The notes under the pieces were generated by a model, which did not search any database, had not been told where the DNA came from, and worked only from the letters and a program-made list of their open reading frames with translations. Position numbers and translations under genes: made by a program. This document shows, piece after piece, positions 12,073-22,483 of a stretch of DNA of 64,000 bases. Origin of the DNA: Curvularia clavata. Taxonomy: Eukaryota. How positions within the stretch are numbered: the stretch's first letter is position 1; the number at the start of each line of letters is the position of its first letter. The stretch is from the NCBI GenBank assembly GCA_023920165.1, contig CP089277.1:3782001-3846000 (forward strand). The letters are read 5' to 3'.

Positions 12073-15000
12073 ATGGCCCCCTCAGCAACCGCGACGGCAC
12101 ACATGGCCACAACAACGTTCAAGGTCGAGGGAATGACATGCGGCGCATGCACCTCGGCCATCGAGTCGGGCTTCCAAGGCGTAAAGGGAATTGGAAATGT
12201 GTCGATAAGCTTGGTTATGGAGCGGGCGGTGATCCAGCACGATCCAGAGGTCATCACGGCGGACGAGGTCAAGGAAATCATTGAGGACCGAGGATTTGAC
12301 GCAGAGGTGCTGTCGTCAGATTTGCCCATGTCGCATAGCGCCGACGACCATTTCTTGAGCGATTCAGAAGATGAAGAGGAGGAAACGAACAGAAATATCT
12401 CAACCACCACAATTGCTGTCGGCGGCATGACATGCGGAGCGTGTACCTCTGCTGTCGAAGGCGCATTCAAAGACGTAGCCGGGGTCACATCCTTCAGCAT
12501 ATCGCTCCTCTCTGAGCGCGCGGTCATTGAACACGATCCGACAGTCATCTCTGCAGAGAAGCTGGCCGAGACGATTGAAGACGTTGGTTTCGACGCGGAG
12601 GTGCTGGACACGGTAGCCGCAACACCAGCGACCAAGAAGAGCAAAAAGAGCAAGCAGCACAAAACCTTGACTACCACTGTTGCCATCGAAGGCATGACAT
12701 GTGGTGCGTGCACATCCGCCGTCGAGGCAGGGTTCAAGGATGTCGATGGCGTGTACCAGTTCAACATCAGCTTACTGGCAAACCGCGCTGTGCTCGTGCA
12801 CGACCCCTCCAAGCTTACCGACGCTCAAATTGTCGAGATCATTGAGGACCGGGGATTTGATGCCGAAGTGGTCTCATCGGTCGACAGCAGCATTCAGCAA
12901 TCGTCATCGAGCAACGCTCCAGTGCAACTCAAGATCTATGGATTGCCCAACTCTGGGGCTGCTCAGGAACTTGAAGGTCTGCTCAAGAAGCGATCGGGTG
13001 TCACATCCGCAACAGTCAACTTTAACACCTCAAGAGCCACCATCCAGCGGGAGCCACAGATTGTTGGTATCCGCGCCATCGTCGAGACTGTCGAGGCAGC
13101 TGGCTACAATGCACTGGTCGCCGACTCTGAAGACAATAACGCACAGCTCGAGTCTCTTGCCAAAACAAAAGAGATTAAGGAGTGGAGACGGGCTGTCATC
13201 TTCTCTGCCTGGTTTGCTGTGCCTGTGTTCCTGACGAGCATGTTTATCCCCATGTTCATGCCGCGATTCCTCAACTTTGGCGCTATTCGACTCATACCGG
13301 GCCTCTTTCTCGGAGACGTTCTGTGTCTTGTGCTCACCATCCCGGTGCAGTTTGGCATCGGCAAGCGCTTCTACGTGTCTGCATACAAGTCGCTGAGCCA
13401 TGGCTCACCTACCATGGACGTCCTGGTGGTGCTCGGTACATCAGCTGCCTTTTTCTTCAGCGTATTCTCAATGATTGTTTCGGTCCTAATTCCTCCTCAC
13501 ACAAAGCCAACGACGCTCTTCGACACCAGCACTATGTTGTTCACTTTTATTAGCTTGGGCCGCTACCTCGAGAACAGCGCCAAGGGTCGTACTTCCAAAG
13601 CCCTGTCTAACCTCATGTCGCTCGCGCCATCTTCCACTACTATCTATGCCGATCCTATCGCTGCGGCGAAAGCTGCCGAAGCCTGGGACGTCACCGAGGA
13701 AAAGTCGGACCGCAAGTCCGTTGATGGAAACGCTGCCGAGGAGAGGGTCATCCCCACAGAGCTTATTGAGACTGGTGATGTGGTCATCCTTCGTCCTGGC
13801 GACAAGGTCCCTGCAGACGGCACAGTGACGCGTGGCGAATCCTATCTCAATGAGAGCATGGTCACTGGAGAAGCGATGCCCATTCTGAAGAAGAAAGGCT
13901 CCCTGGTCATGGCCGGTACTGTCAACGGCAACGGTCGTTTGGAGTTTGTCGTTACCCGAGCCGGTCGCGATACCCAGCTCAGTCAGATTGTCCGTCTTGT
14001 TCAAGAAGCGCAGACCAGCAGGGCTCCTATCCAAAGGGTCGCAGATACGGTTGCTGGATACTTTGTTCCCATTATTATCACACTTGGTCTTGCCACGTTC
14101 GTTGGGTGGATGGTTCTCAGTCATGTCTTGCCCTACCCTCCCAAGGTCTTTCTGGACCACGCCAGTGGTGGCAAGTTCATGGTTTGCTTCAAGCTTTGCA
14201 TTGCCGTTATCGTCTTCGCCTGTCCCTGTGCTCTCGGCCTGGCTACGCCCACAGCTGTCATGGTTGGCACTGGAGTTGGCGCCGAGCAGGGTATTCTCGT
14301 CAAGGGTGGCGCTGCATTGGAGACTGCGACCAAGATTAACCACGTTGTCTTTGACAAGACTGGTACCCTTACCATTGGTCAGATGAGCGTGTCCAAGACA
14401 GACATTCAAGGCGGGTGGAACAATGCTGAGAAGAAGAATCTTTGGTGGACACTGATTGGGCTCGCTGAGATGGGCTCCGAACATCCAATTGCCAAGGCTA
14501 TTGTTCTATCTGCCAAGGAGCACCTCCGTCTAGGGCCAGAGGATAGTCTCGATGGTTCCGTTGGTGACTTTGAAGCTGTCATTGGTAAAGGTATCACTGC
14601 AACTGTGGAAGCTGCCATCTCTCGCGACCGCACGCGCTACAAGGTCCTTATTGGCAACGTCGCTTTCCTTACCTCGCAGGGAGTCAACGTGCCCGACTTC
14701 GTAGAGGAGCCGCTGACGCCTGCTCCCACTGCCAATCCTCGAGCCGGCTCTCAAGCACACTCTGCTGGTACTACGACTATTCATACCGCTATCGGCAACA
14801 CATACACTGGTACTTTGAGCCTGTCTGACACCATCAAGCCTTCTGCCCGCGCATGTGTACTTGCTCTGTCCCGCCTGGGTATCAAGTCGTCGATTGTCAC
14901 TGGTGATACTTCGGCCTCGGCCATGGTAGTTGCAGCAGCAGTTGGTATCGACCCTGCTGATGTTCATGCCTCATGTGCGCCCGCCGACAAGAAAGCGATA

Positions 15001-15576
15001 GTGGAAGACCTACAATCTCGTGGAGGGGTCATTGGCATGGTTGGCGATGGTATCAACGATTCCCCGGCTCTCGCGTCAGCGGATATTGGTATCGCCCTCT
15101 CTACCGGCACAGACGTTGCCATGGAAGCAGCCTCAATCGTACTGATGACCAACACTGACCTACTGGCTATTCCCGCATCTCTTGTTCTCAGCCGCGCGAT
15201 CTTCTTCCGCATCAAACTCAATCTCGCGTGGGCCTGCATGTACAACTTCATCGGGCTTCCTTTCGCAATGGGCTTTTTCCTTCCTTGGGGACTCTCAATA
15301 CATCCCATGGCTGCGGGCGCGGCAATGGCGGCCTCATCCGTTAGCGTTGTCTTCAGTTCGCTGCACCTCAAGTTCTGGAACAGGCCTAGCTGGATGAAGG
15401 TGAGCCTTCTGGATCCTAGCGCTCCGCTTGATGAGAAGGATCGGGAGATGGAGAATATGGGCCACAAGGGCGTCATCAGCTTTGCGAGGGAATGGATCAG
15501 CGATGCATGGGCGGCAAGGAAGAGGAACAAGGAAGAGGCTAGTTACATGCCGTTGAGAGACATGGGAGAGCATTGA
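12073..15576 (+). CDS. ccc2: P1B-type copper-transporting ATPase (Ccc2/ATP7-like); intronless
   Basis: Three GMTCGAC heavy-metal-binding domains plus a fourth domain lacking the Cys pair. TGEA, CPCALGLATP, DKTGT, SEHP, GDGINDSP, YN and MAASS motifs. Confidence 0.96.
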   Translation: MAPSATATAHMATTTFKVEGMTCGACTSAIESGFQGVKGIGNVSISLVMERAVIQHDPEVITADEVKEIIEDRGFDAEVLSSDLPMSHSADDHFLSDSEDEEEETNRNISTTTIAVGGMTCGACTSAVEGAFKDVAGVTSFSISLLSERAVIEHDPTVISAEKLAETIEDVGFDAEVLDTVAATPATKKSKKSKQHKTLTTTVAIEGMTCGACTSAVEAGFKDVDGVYQFNISLLANRAVLVHDPSKLTDAQIVEIIEDRGFDAEVVSSVDSSIQQSSSSNAPVQLKIYGLPNSGAAQELEGLLKKRSGVTSATVNFNTSRATIQREPQIVGIRAIVETVEAAGYNALVADSEDNNAQLESLAKTKEIKEWRRAVIFSAWFAVPVFLTSMFIPMFMPRFLNFGAIRLIPGLFLGDVLCLVLTIPVQFGIGKRFYVSAYKSLSHGSPTMDVLVVLGTSAAFFFSVFSMIVSVLIPPHTKPTTLFDTSTMLFTFISLGRYLENSAKGRTSKALSNLMSLAPSSTTIYADPIAAAKAAEAWDVTEEKSDRKSVDGNAAEERVIPTELIETGDVVILRPGDKVPADGTVTRGESYLNESMVTGEAMPILKKKGSLVMAGTVNGNGRLEFVVTRAGRDTQLSQIVRLVQEAQTSRAPIQRVADTVAGYFVPIIITLGLATFVGWMVLSHVLPYPPKVFLDHASGGKFMVCFKLCIAVIVFACPCALGLATPTAVMVGTGVGAEQGILVKGGAALETATKINHVVFDKTGTLTIGQMSVSKTDIQGGWNNAEKKNLWWTLIGLAEMGSEHPIAKAIVLSAKEHLRLGPEDSLDGSVGDFEAVIGKGITATVEAAISRDRTRYKVLIGNVAFLTSQGVNVPDFVEEPLTPAPTANPRAGSQAHSAGTTTIHTAIGNTYTGTLSLSDTIKPSARACVLALSRLGIKSSIVTGDTSASAMVVAAAVGIDPADVHASCAPADKKAIVEDLQSRGGVIGMVGDGINDSPALASADIGIALSTGTDVAMEAASIVLMTNTDLLAIPASLVLSRAIFFRIKLNLAWACMYNFIGLPFAMGFFLPWGLSIHPMAAGAAMAASSVSVVFSSLHLKFWNRPSWMKVSLLDPSAPLDEKDREMENMGHKGVISFAREWISDAWAARKRNKEEASYMPLRDMGEH

Positions 15577-16103
15577 GGCGGATTTCACTGTTTTTTTGTT
15601 GTTGGTAAAGCACCTAGGATACCATCCTGTCTTACTTATTTCCTTATTTTCCTATTGTTAGCACTGGCATTTACCCAAAGCTGTCGAGTCCTCCGGCTAC
15701 CAACCTCATGTGACAATTCCATAAACCATGTCCCAAAAAGCAATCCCCTCATTGTTGGGCTGCTCTAATTCCTCAGCAGTCTGTGCATTTGCCTACTTCA
15801 CCGCAAGTCGTGCACCAAGCAAGGACGAATTTTCAAGTACCCGTGTTATGCCAGACATAGTCCAGTGGGGTCTTGGACATGTGCGCGTGATTGACGTCGC
15901 AAACCGCGGCCAGGGTCCACCCAATTGGCGTCACAAAGATAAGCCAAGAACGTACAACACAACACAGTAGTATTGCGCTATCTCTCGCCGGCGCCGTCCT
16001 GACTTTTCTTGCGATTTGGAAGTGCCTGCGACACGTATGCGATCGTGATCCGTACCGATTCATCGACGACGATTTTGCGACAAAAGCCTGCCAGCCCGTC
16101 GAG

Positions 16104-17270
16104 ATGGGGAGGAATCGTGCTGTGTCCAACGCCTCGACGCGGAGCAGTGAGCCACCTTTACAAGTAGGTATGGACAAGGAGAAAGCGGTACAGAATCCAT
16201 CCTGAACAAGTGACAGGAGCTGGGGAGCATGTACGATTACCTGGCCAAGGTCATACTGTTAGGACCCAGCGGTGCTGGCAAGTAAGTTTTGCGATAAGGC
16301 AAGTATTTGCTGCGAAAGACCACCGAGTAACTGAGCTACATAGATCCTGTCTCCTGCACCGCTTTGTGAAATCAGAGTGTACTTCTCTCGCGCCTCTTTT
16401 CGTTGCTACAACAGGCTAACGACTGCTGCAGGGCGCTCCTTGTCTAGCCAAACCATCGGCGTAGAGTTCTCGTCCAAAATCGTCCACATCGCCGACCGTC
16501 GCCGTTCCCCTTCTTCCTCTGCGTCGCGGAAACGAATGAAACTTCAGCTCTGGGACACTGCTGGCACAGAGCGCTTCCGCTCCGTATCGCGATCCTACTA
16601 CCGCGGTGCGGCGGGCGCAATATTAGTCTATGACGTGAGCAGCTGGAGGAGCTTCGAGCAGTTACAAACGTTTCTCAATGATGCCAGAGCGCTGGCAGGC
16701 CCAAATCTTACCATTATACTTGCTGGGAACAAGAATGACGTTGAGACCGGGGGTGTGCCGGAAGGCATGAGTGGCAGTCACATTGCAGGAGGAGGGTATT
16801 CAAGTTATGGTAGCACACCGAGTTCAGAGAGCGGATTACCGCCGCCTACACCGTCGTCGCAGTCCAGCCGCGGAACAAGTTGGAATACCAATCTGCATGC
16901 GTCGTATACGATAGCCCCCGAGGGCCGCGAGGTCCCTGCTGAAACGGCGTCGCGGTGGGCAGGACAGAACGGTATACCAGTTGCGGTGGAGGTGTCTGCG
17001 CTCAATGGAGAGAATGTAGAAGAGCTGTTCAATCGGTTGGCGAGGATGATCTTGACAAAGATTGAACTGGGTGAGATTGATCCTGACGACCCTGCGAGCG
17101 GCATACAGTACGGCGACTTGGGCTGGGACGATGGCGGCGGCAGTATCAAGAGCGGGTTTGGAGACGAGGGCGTCAGGTATCGTAGGAGAGGGAAGAAAAC
17201 AGGTGGTTTGAGCGAGTGGGAAGAGGTGTTTAGACTGGGCGGGAACAGGAGGAAAAGAGGGTGCTGTTAA
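16104..17270 (+). CDS. rab4: Rab4-like small GTPase; introns 16164-16216, 16282-16343, 16379-16431
   Basis: Spliced frame gives YDYLAKVILLGPSGAGKSCLLHRF, TIGVEF, WDTAGTERFRSVSRSYYRGAAG, GNKND, EVSA and a C-terminal GCC prenylation motif. An alternative start is possible at 16229. Confidence 0.88.
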
Positions 17271-18206
17271 GAGCAGCTGGATTCTGCTTAAACGGAGAAG
17301 GGTACCGGGATATATGGCACATCATGGGTTCGATCGAATATCTTGTTGCAAGTGTTTTTGGTGGAAGCTTTTCAAGTCGGCTTGTTGTTTTCAGTCACAT
17401 TGCTGTTATTTTCTCTAGTTCTAGACAGCATACCCCCTCTGAGGTTTTGTTTCTCTCTTACGAAGGCATACGGTATAATCAAGAATTGGACTTTTTGGCG
17501 AATTCCTCATTGCACATTGTCACCGTCACATGTCAGAAGACTGCTTGGCTACCATCTGCCAGACCCAATCGGGCGATTTAGCGCCCGGCTCGATCGCCGC
17601 GTTGATGTCGTCACACAACGTTCCGATGCCAACACCACATCGCGCCGCACCCAGTACTTGCTAGAATGCTCCTTGCAGCGAACCGAATCCTGAAAGCCAT
17701 GCCAGAAGCAAAAGAAAATGCCCTTTGGCCTTCCAATTACCATGGAACACGACTGGGAAATTCGCATCGGTGTCGCCGGAACGCGTCCGAAACCTCGGCT
17801 TAGGGGTGCTCTCTCCTTGGTTTTGCCACAGTACAGAGTCGTCTCACTGGTCGAATTCGATGTGTCGCGTGCCCTCGGGCCATGTTCCTGGCAGTAGCGC
17901 CAGAAAATTGCCGTTGCGGCTTTTGCATTTGCGTCACTGGTGTGTCGTATGCGCAATTCTAGGCCAGCGTTTTCCGTCTTCGATTCTCTCCCTTGTTCTA
18001 CTTCACAATCGTACACTCTTCTCTCTAGATCCACTGTCGCTTTTCAATTCTATCATAGATTTCCCAATACGTGATATACGATTTAATATTGATTACTTAA
18101 CGCATTCCACGCCACGTTGTCGCTCTCACGCACGTTTAGATCTCTTACTCGCGCTCTTCCTTCGCGCATACAGTTGGGGGCAGCGACTTCGCTCGCTCGC
18201 GACAAT

Positions 18207-19839
18207 ATGACCTGGCTTAATCGGTTGAATCCCACACCGGCTTTCCCGCCGCATACAGGCCCTTACAAGGTCAGCTCGGTAGATGTAGAGATTCCCGCTA
18301 GCGATCTGGAGAGTCCAAGTGCGAATGCGCCGCCTGCAGAGTTGCCTACAGTCGCTTTCCGTGTCTTCTACCCATGCAAGCAGGATAGCAACGAGAAGGC
18401 GGTAAGATGGATACCGAGTCCGCAGCGCGAGTATGTCAGTGCGTATGCCAGGTTTTTGGGCGCGAACAGTGCGTTTGCCGGAGTGTTTTCGTAAGTAGTT
18501 GAAATGATCTTAACATACTGGAACAGAGCTGACTAAAAGAAGGCTTCTACCGCAGTTGTTGTATTATATTTCTATGCCCGTACATCAGAACGCCGAACTC
18601 CTTGCGCCGCCACCAAAATCCGATCGATGGCCTGTCATGGTCTTCTCACACGGCCTCGGTGGCACTAGAAACGCTTACTCGCATATTTGTGGATCGATAG
18701 CAAGCCACGGAGTAGTGGTTGTGGCAGCAGACCACCGTGATGGTAGCTCGCCTCTGGCTATCCACCATACGCCCGAAGAGAAGGAGAAAGTGAAGCGAGT
18801 AGAGTACAGATCGATTGCGCATAAACCTAGTACAGAAACGTACCAAGCAAGAGACGAGCAATTGCGGATACGGCTATGGGAGTTGGGAATGATACACGAT
18901 GCGTTATTGAAGATTGATGAGGGCCGAAAGTTGAAGAATGTTGCGCAAGATCAGCCCAAGGGAAAGAACCTATTGAGCATGTTTTCCGGTCTGCTCAACA
19001 TTCATGAGCCAGGTGCTGTTAGCTTCGCTGGACACTCTTTTGGCGCGTGCACCATGGCGCAGTTCGTCAAGTCAGTCTATTACCGGCCTCAAGAACAGAT
19101 CCCAGGTTACAAGCCGCTATACATTCCCTCTGAGGATTCAAGCATTGTTCGCCAAATTACGCCCGCTACCTCCGTCACTTTGCTCGACCTCTGGACGCTA
19201 CCAATCCAGAGCCCAGACACTGCGTGGCTGCGAAGCCAACCAATGCCATGCTACGATTCCCCTACCGGCGGCAAGAACCTCCTTGCCATTGCCTCCGAAG
19301 GCTTCTTCAATTGGGCCTCCAACTTCCAAGAAACAAAACGCGTCCTCGCCAAACCATTACCCTCACACTCCAAATACGCAAATCAGCCTGGTCCACACAT
19401 CTTCTATCCCATCGCTTCGGCCCATCTCTCCCAAAGCGACTTCGGCGTCTTGTTTCCCTGGGTAACGACAAAGTTCTTTGGCGCCAAGGAGCCCGAACGT
19501 GTACTCAGGCTGAATACCCGTGCTATATTGCAGGTCCTGCGTGAAAATGGTATCCGCGTTGCGAACACCAGTGCTGCGGATCTTGAGCTAGAGGACCAGA
19601 CGACAAGCCAGGCTAATGACACGGCGATTCTGAGTCGTGCGAAAGATAGTGTCCGCGGGTGGATCAATGTGGCTGTAGATGTGGAGGGTGGTATTGATCT
19701 TGCTGGGGCAGATAGAGTGGAGGGTAAGGCGCTGGTGGGCACGCCGATGGAGAAGGTAGGGGGTGAGGGGAAGGGACCCGGGGATGCGATGGTGGAGGGA
19801 GAGGCGTTGGGGCAGGTTGTGGAGAAGAATGAGAGGTAA
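18207..19839 (+). CDS. Platelet-activating-factor acetylhydrolase II-like alpha/beta hydrolase; intron 18491-18542
   Basis: GPYKV...FRVFYP, PVMVFSHGLGG, ASHGVVV...HRDGS, nucleophile GHSFG, and HLSQSDF. Confidence 0.9.
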
Positions 19840-20499
19840 GCGGCGAGAAATGGAAGGGGCCTGTTGCCTTTAGTTGTATATCTTTGATACCTAGGTTTAT
19901 ATATGATGGTCATGATAGAGCGGAATTCACTATTTGGTACTTACCTGCTTTTCTTATTACGTATTACGAATGAGACGCAGGTGATAGACGAGCTGCTTGC
20001 TTGAATCATAGTAGGCATGTACTGGTGTGACGTTTGGTGATGTTGCAAGGTAATTCTGTAGTGAAGGTACTGTGTACTTTACATTGATCGAGTGGTTCAC
20101 ATAGTAACTGCCTAGTTAAGAACCAGTGAGACTTCTCATTGTTACTTGAAAAGTCTTTCGGTATTCTAACTTTACTCCTTGACTTGACTCTCTGACACAA
20201 TTCTCTTTTAGTATCCTCACATGCTTGCAGCCAACATACAAAGCACGATAAGCTCTATAGCTTCTGCGCCTAGCTGTCTTTACTAGGTAAGACATCAGTT
20301 GCGCGATCGGCTACACAAACCCGCATACGATATGAGTTATCATCTCTACATGTTTCCCGTCTCGCCGCTCTGTCCGTCTGGTCTCACTTGCTCCGTTTGC
20401 TGTTTTGTTTGTCACTCACTTGCGTCTAGCCTTAAACACAAGAAACAGCATCCATCCATCCCACCGCACAATCGATGCAACCAAATCAACCGACTCAAA

Positions 20500-22128
20500 A
20501 TGACGGAATCCAACCAACAGAATTCGATGAAACAGTTGTGGGATGCAGCACGAAGTGCCGTGAATCTATCTGGTATCAATCGAGACGAAGCGCTGGCATC
20601 GAGGCTGCGCGATACAAGGAAGCAAGCGGAAGCGAATAGCGAACAGCATCAAAAGCAGATGCGCATACTATCAAAAAGGCTGAGCGAGTTGGAAGCAAAG
20701 CAGTTACGAAACCCAGCAAGCATACCTAAGCAGAAAGACAGCAGCAAAGATTCAACAGGCACTGAGAAAGAAGTGGCAAGAGCGACAGCGACGCCTACAC
20801 CTAGTGCGGGACCCAAAGTCAATCCGGCGTCCGAGGTTAAAAAGAGAAAGGTCGCTCTAATGACAAGATCGCCAGATAAGCGCCAAGAGAAGAAGGTGAA
20901 GGCACGTGTGGAGCAGACGAAGCAGGTCGCGAAGGAGACTCCAGCGGTGAAAGAGACAGTGCGCCAAACTCAGAATACGGCATCTTCTACGACACAAGAG
21001 ACAGCTTCTGCTACGGATAAGAAGGGACCAAAGTTACAGGAGAAAGACACAGTGCGCCAACCCCAAAAGGCGGCATCTCTTACGGCAAAGAAAGATACAG
21101 TAGTCATATCTGCCAACGATACAGAGAGATACACTGTACTAGCCAAATTACCCGACTGGTACACCTCTATTTCTCTCGACAACCTAGAGATGAAGAAGCT
21201 CGCCAAAAAGCGTCCACCGTCTCTTACTGCTCTCGACGCCCTCAAAGCTCTCGTCCAGCAGTGCGAATCGGCCAGCTCCAAGAAAGATCTCTCGAACCTT
21301 TTTGACCAACTGCGTGATGCAGTTCACAAAGCCGAAATCACTCTGACCATAACGCCACAAATACTGCGCAAAGCAAACATGCTGAGTCCTCAAGCTGGTC
21401 TCCCTCGCATATTTCAACCTTCCGCTTCCGTAACCTTCCCACCAGACCTAAAAGCAGACAGCTACCAGCTCTACAAGCGCTGGTCGTCTGGCGACCTAAA
21501 GCAATCCCTCCTGCGAGGAATTGTCAGCAAGAAGTCCCACTTGCGCAATGGCGATAGCATCGACCCCAACTACCGGGCCCAGTTCGGCCAAACATTCAAG
21601 TACATTGGGCACGGCAACTTGGTGCAAGGACAATGGTGGCCCACGCAGCTCTGCGCCATGCGAGACGGTGCCCACGGCGCCCCTCAAGGAGGTATCTGCG
21701 GAAGCTCTGAACAAGGCGCCTACTCTATTGTCTTATCATCTGGAGTTGGATACGACGACACCGATGACGGTGACACAATCTTTTACTCTGGCACCTCTGG
21801 CTCCAACGGCGAGGCTACGGAAAATACCAAATACCTGCTGATCTCGCTTGAAAATGGCTATCCTGTGCGCGTCTTGCGCTCTTCACAGCTGCCAAAAGGA
21901 AACCCGTATAGGCCACAACGGGGACTGAGGTACGATGGGCTGTATACGGTTGTAGATGTCAGGTTGCTGGATGAAGAGAAGGCGATGCACAGGTTTCGAC
22001 TGGAGAGGTGCAAGGGTCAGATGGGGATTAGGTACCAGGGGAAGGGGGCGAGACCGACGGCGTACGAGGTTAAGGAGTACGAAAGGTTGAAGGAGGAGGG
22101 GGCGTGGAAGGTTGCTGGGGGAAGTTGA
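20500..22128 (+). CDS. SRA/YDG-domain protein with an N-terminal coiled-coil/low-complexity region; intronless
   Basis: C-terminal GAHGAPQGGICG...GAYSIVLS...YDDTDDGDTIFYSG...PVRVLRS...GLRYDGLYTV is the SRA (YDG) signature. ATG in AAAATG context at 20500. Confidence 0.88.
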   Translation: MTESNQQNSMKQLWDAARSAVNLSGINRDEALASRLRDTRKQAEANSEQHQKQMRILSKRLSELEAKQLRNPASIPKQKDSSKDSTGTEKEVARATATPTPSAGPKVNPASEVKKRKVALMTRSPDKRQEKKVKARVEQTKQVAKETPAVKETVRQTQNTASSTTQETASATDKKGPKLQEKDTVRQPQKAASLTAKKDTVVISANDTERYTVLAKLPDWYTSISLDNLEMKKLAKKRPPSLTALDALKALVQQCESASSKKDLSNLFDQLRDAVHKAEITLTITPQILRKANMLSPQAGLPRIFQPSASVTFPPDLKADSYQLYKRWSSGDLKQSLLRGIVSKKSHLRNGDSIDPNYRAQFGQTFKYIGHGNLVQGQWWPTQLCAMRDGAHGAPQGGICGSSEQGAYSIVLSSGVGYDDTDDGDTIFYSGTSGSNGEATENTKYLLISLENGYPVRVLRSSQLPKGNPYRPQRGLRYDGLYTVVDVRLLDEEKAMHRFRLERCKGQMGIRYQGKGARPTAYEVKEYERLKEEGAWKVAGGS

Positions 22129-22483
22129 ACGGGTACAGGAGGCGAGAGAGGGATAAAAACCTATCAGAGATGGGAGTCTTTTTTTTACTTGAGCAAGGGC
22201 GTGCAGTATTAACTGCTCTGATCTAGTAAACAGAATGGTCAAGTCCGTTTCATTTTACAGCTACAGGCCACTTTCGTGAATAGTGCCGTGGGACTAGGTC
22301 ACTAACGGTGGATTACAGCCTATCAAGGGTCAAAGAGAATGATTTGTTTAGAAAAAGGGCAACCAAATGATAACGTAAATGCGATTATCCTGTCGCATCT
22401 ACACTACATCTATGCAAGATCTACAGCCTATACGCGTTACTGTTTCCTAAAACCCAACCTAAATAAAGTACACACTAGTTCCC

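Noticed and set aside
13486..14484. 332-codon antisense ORF within ccc2 (and similar shadows within xdh, noxA, lad and the RING gene)
   Set aside because: These are shadow ORFs expected from biased codon usage on the coding strand.
20299..20499. N-terminal extension of the SRA protein in the ORF track
   Set aside because: The TTG start and UTR-like sequence are less convincing than the ATG at 20500 in AAAATG context. The in-frame ATGs near 20332 and 20350 cannot be fully excluded.
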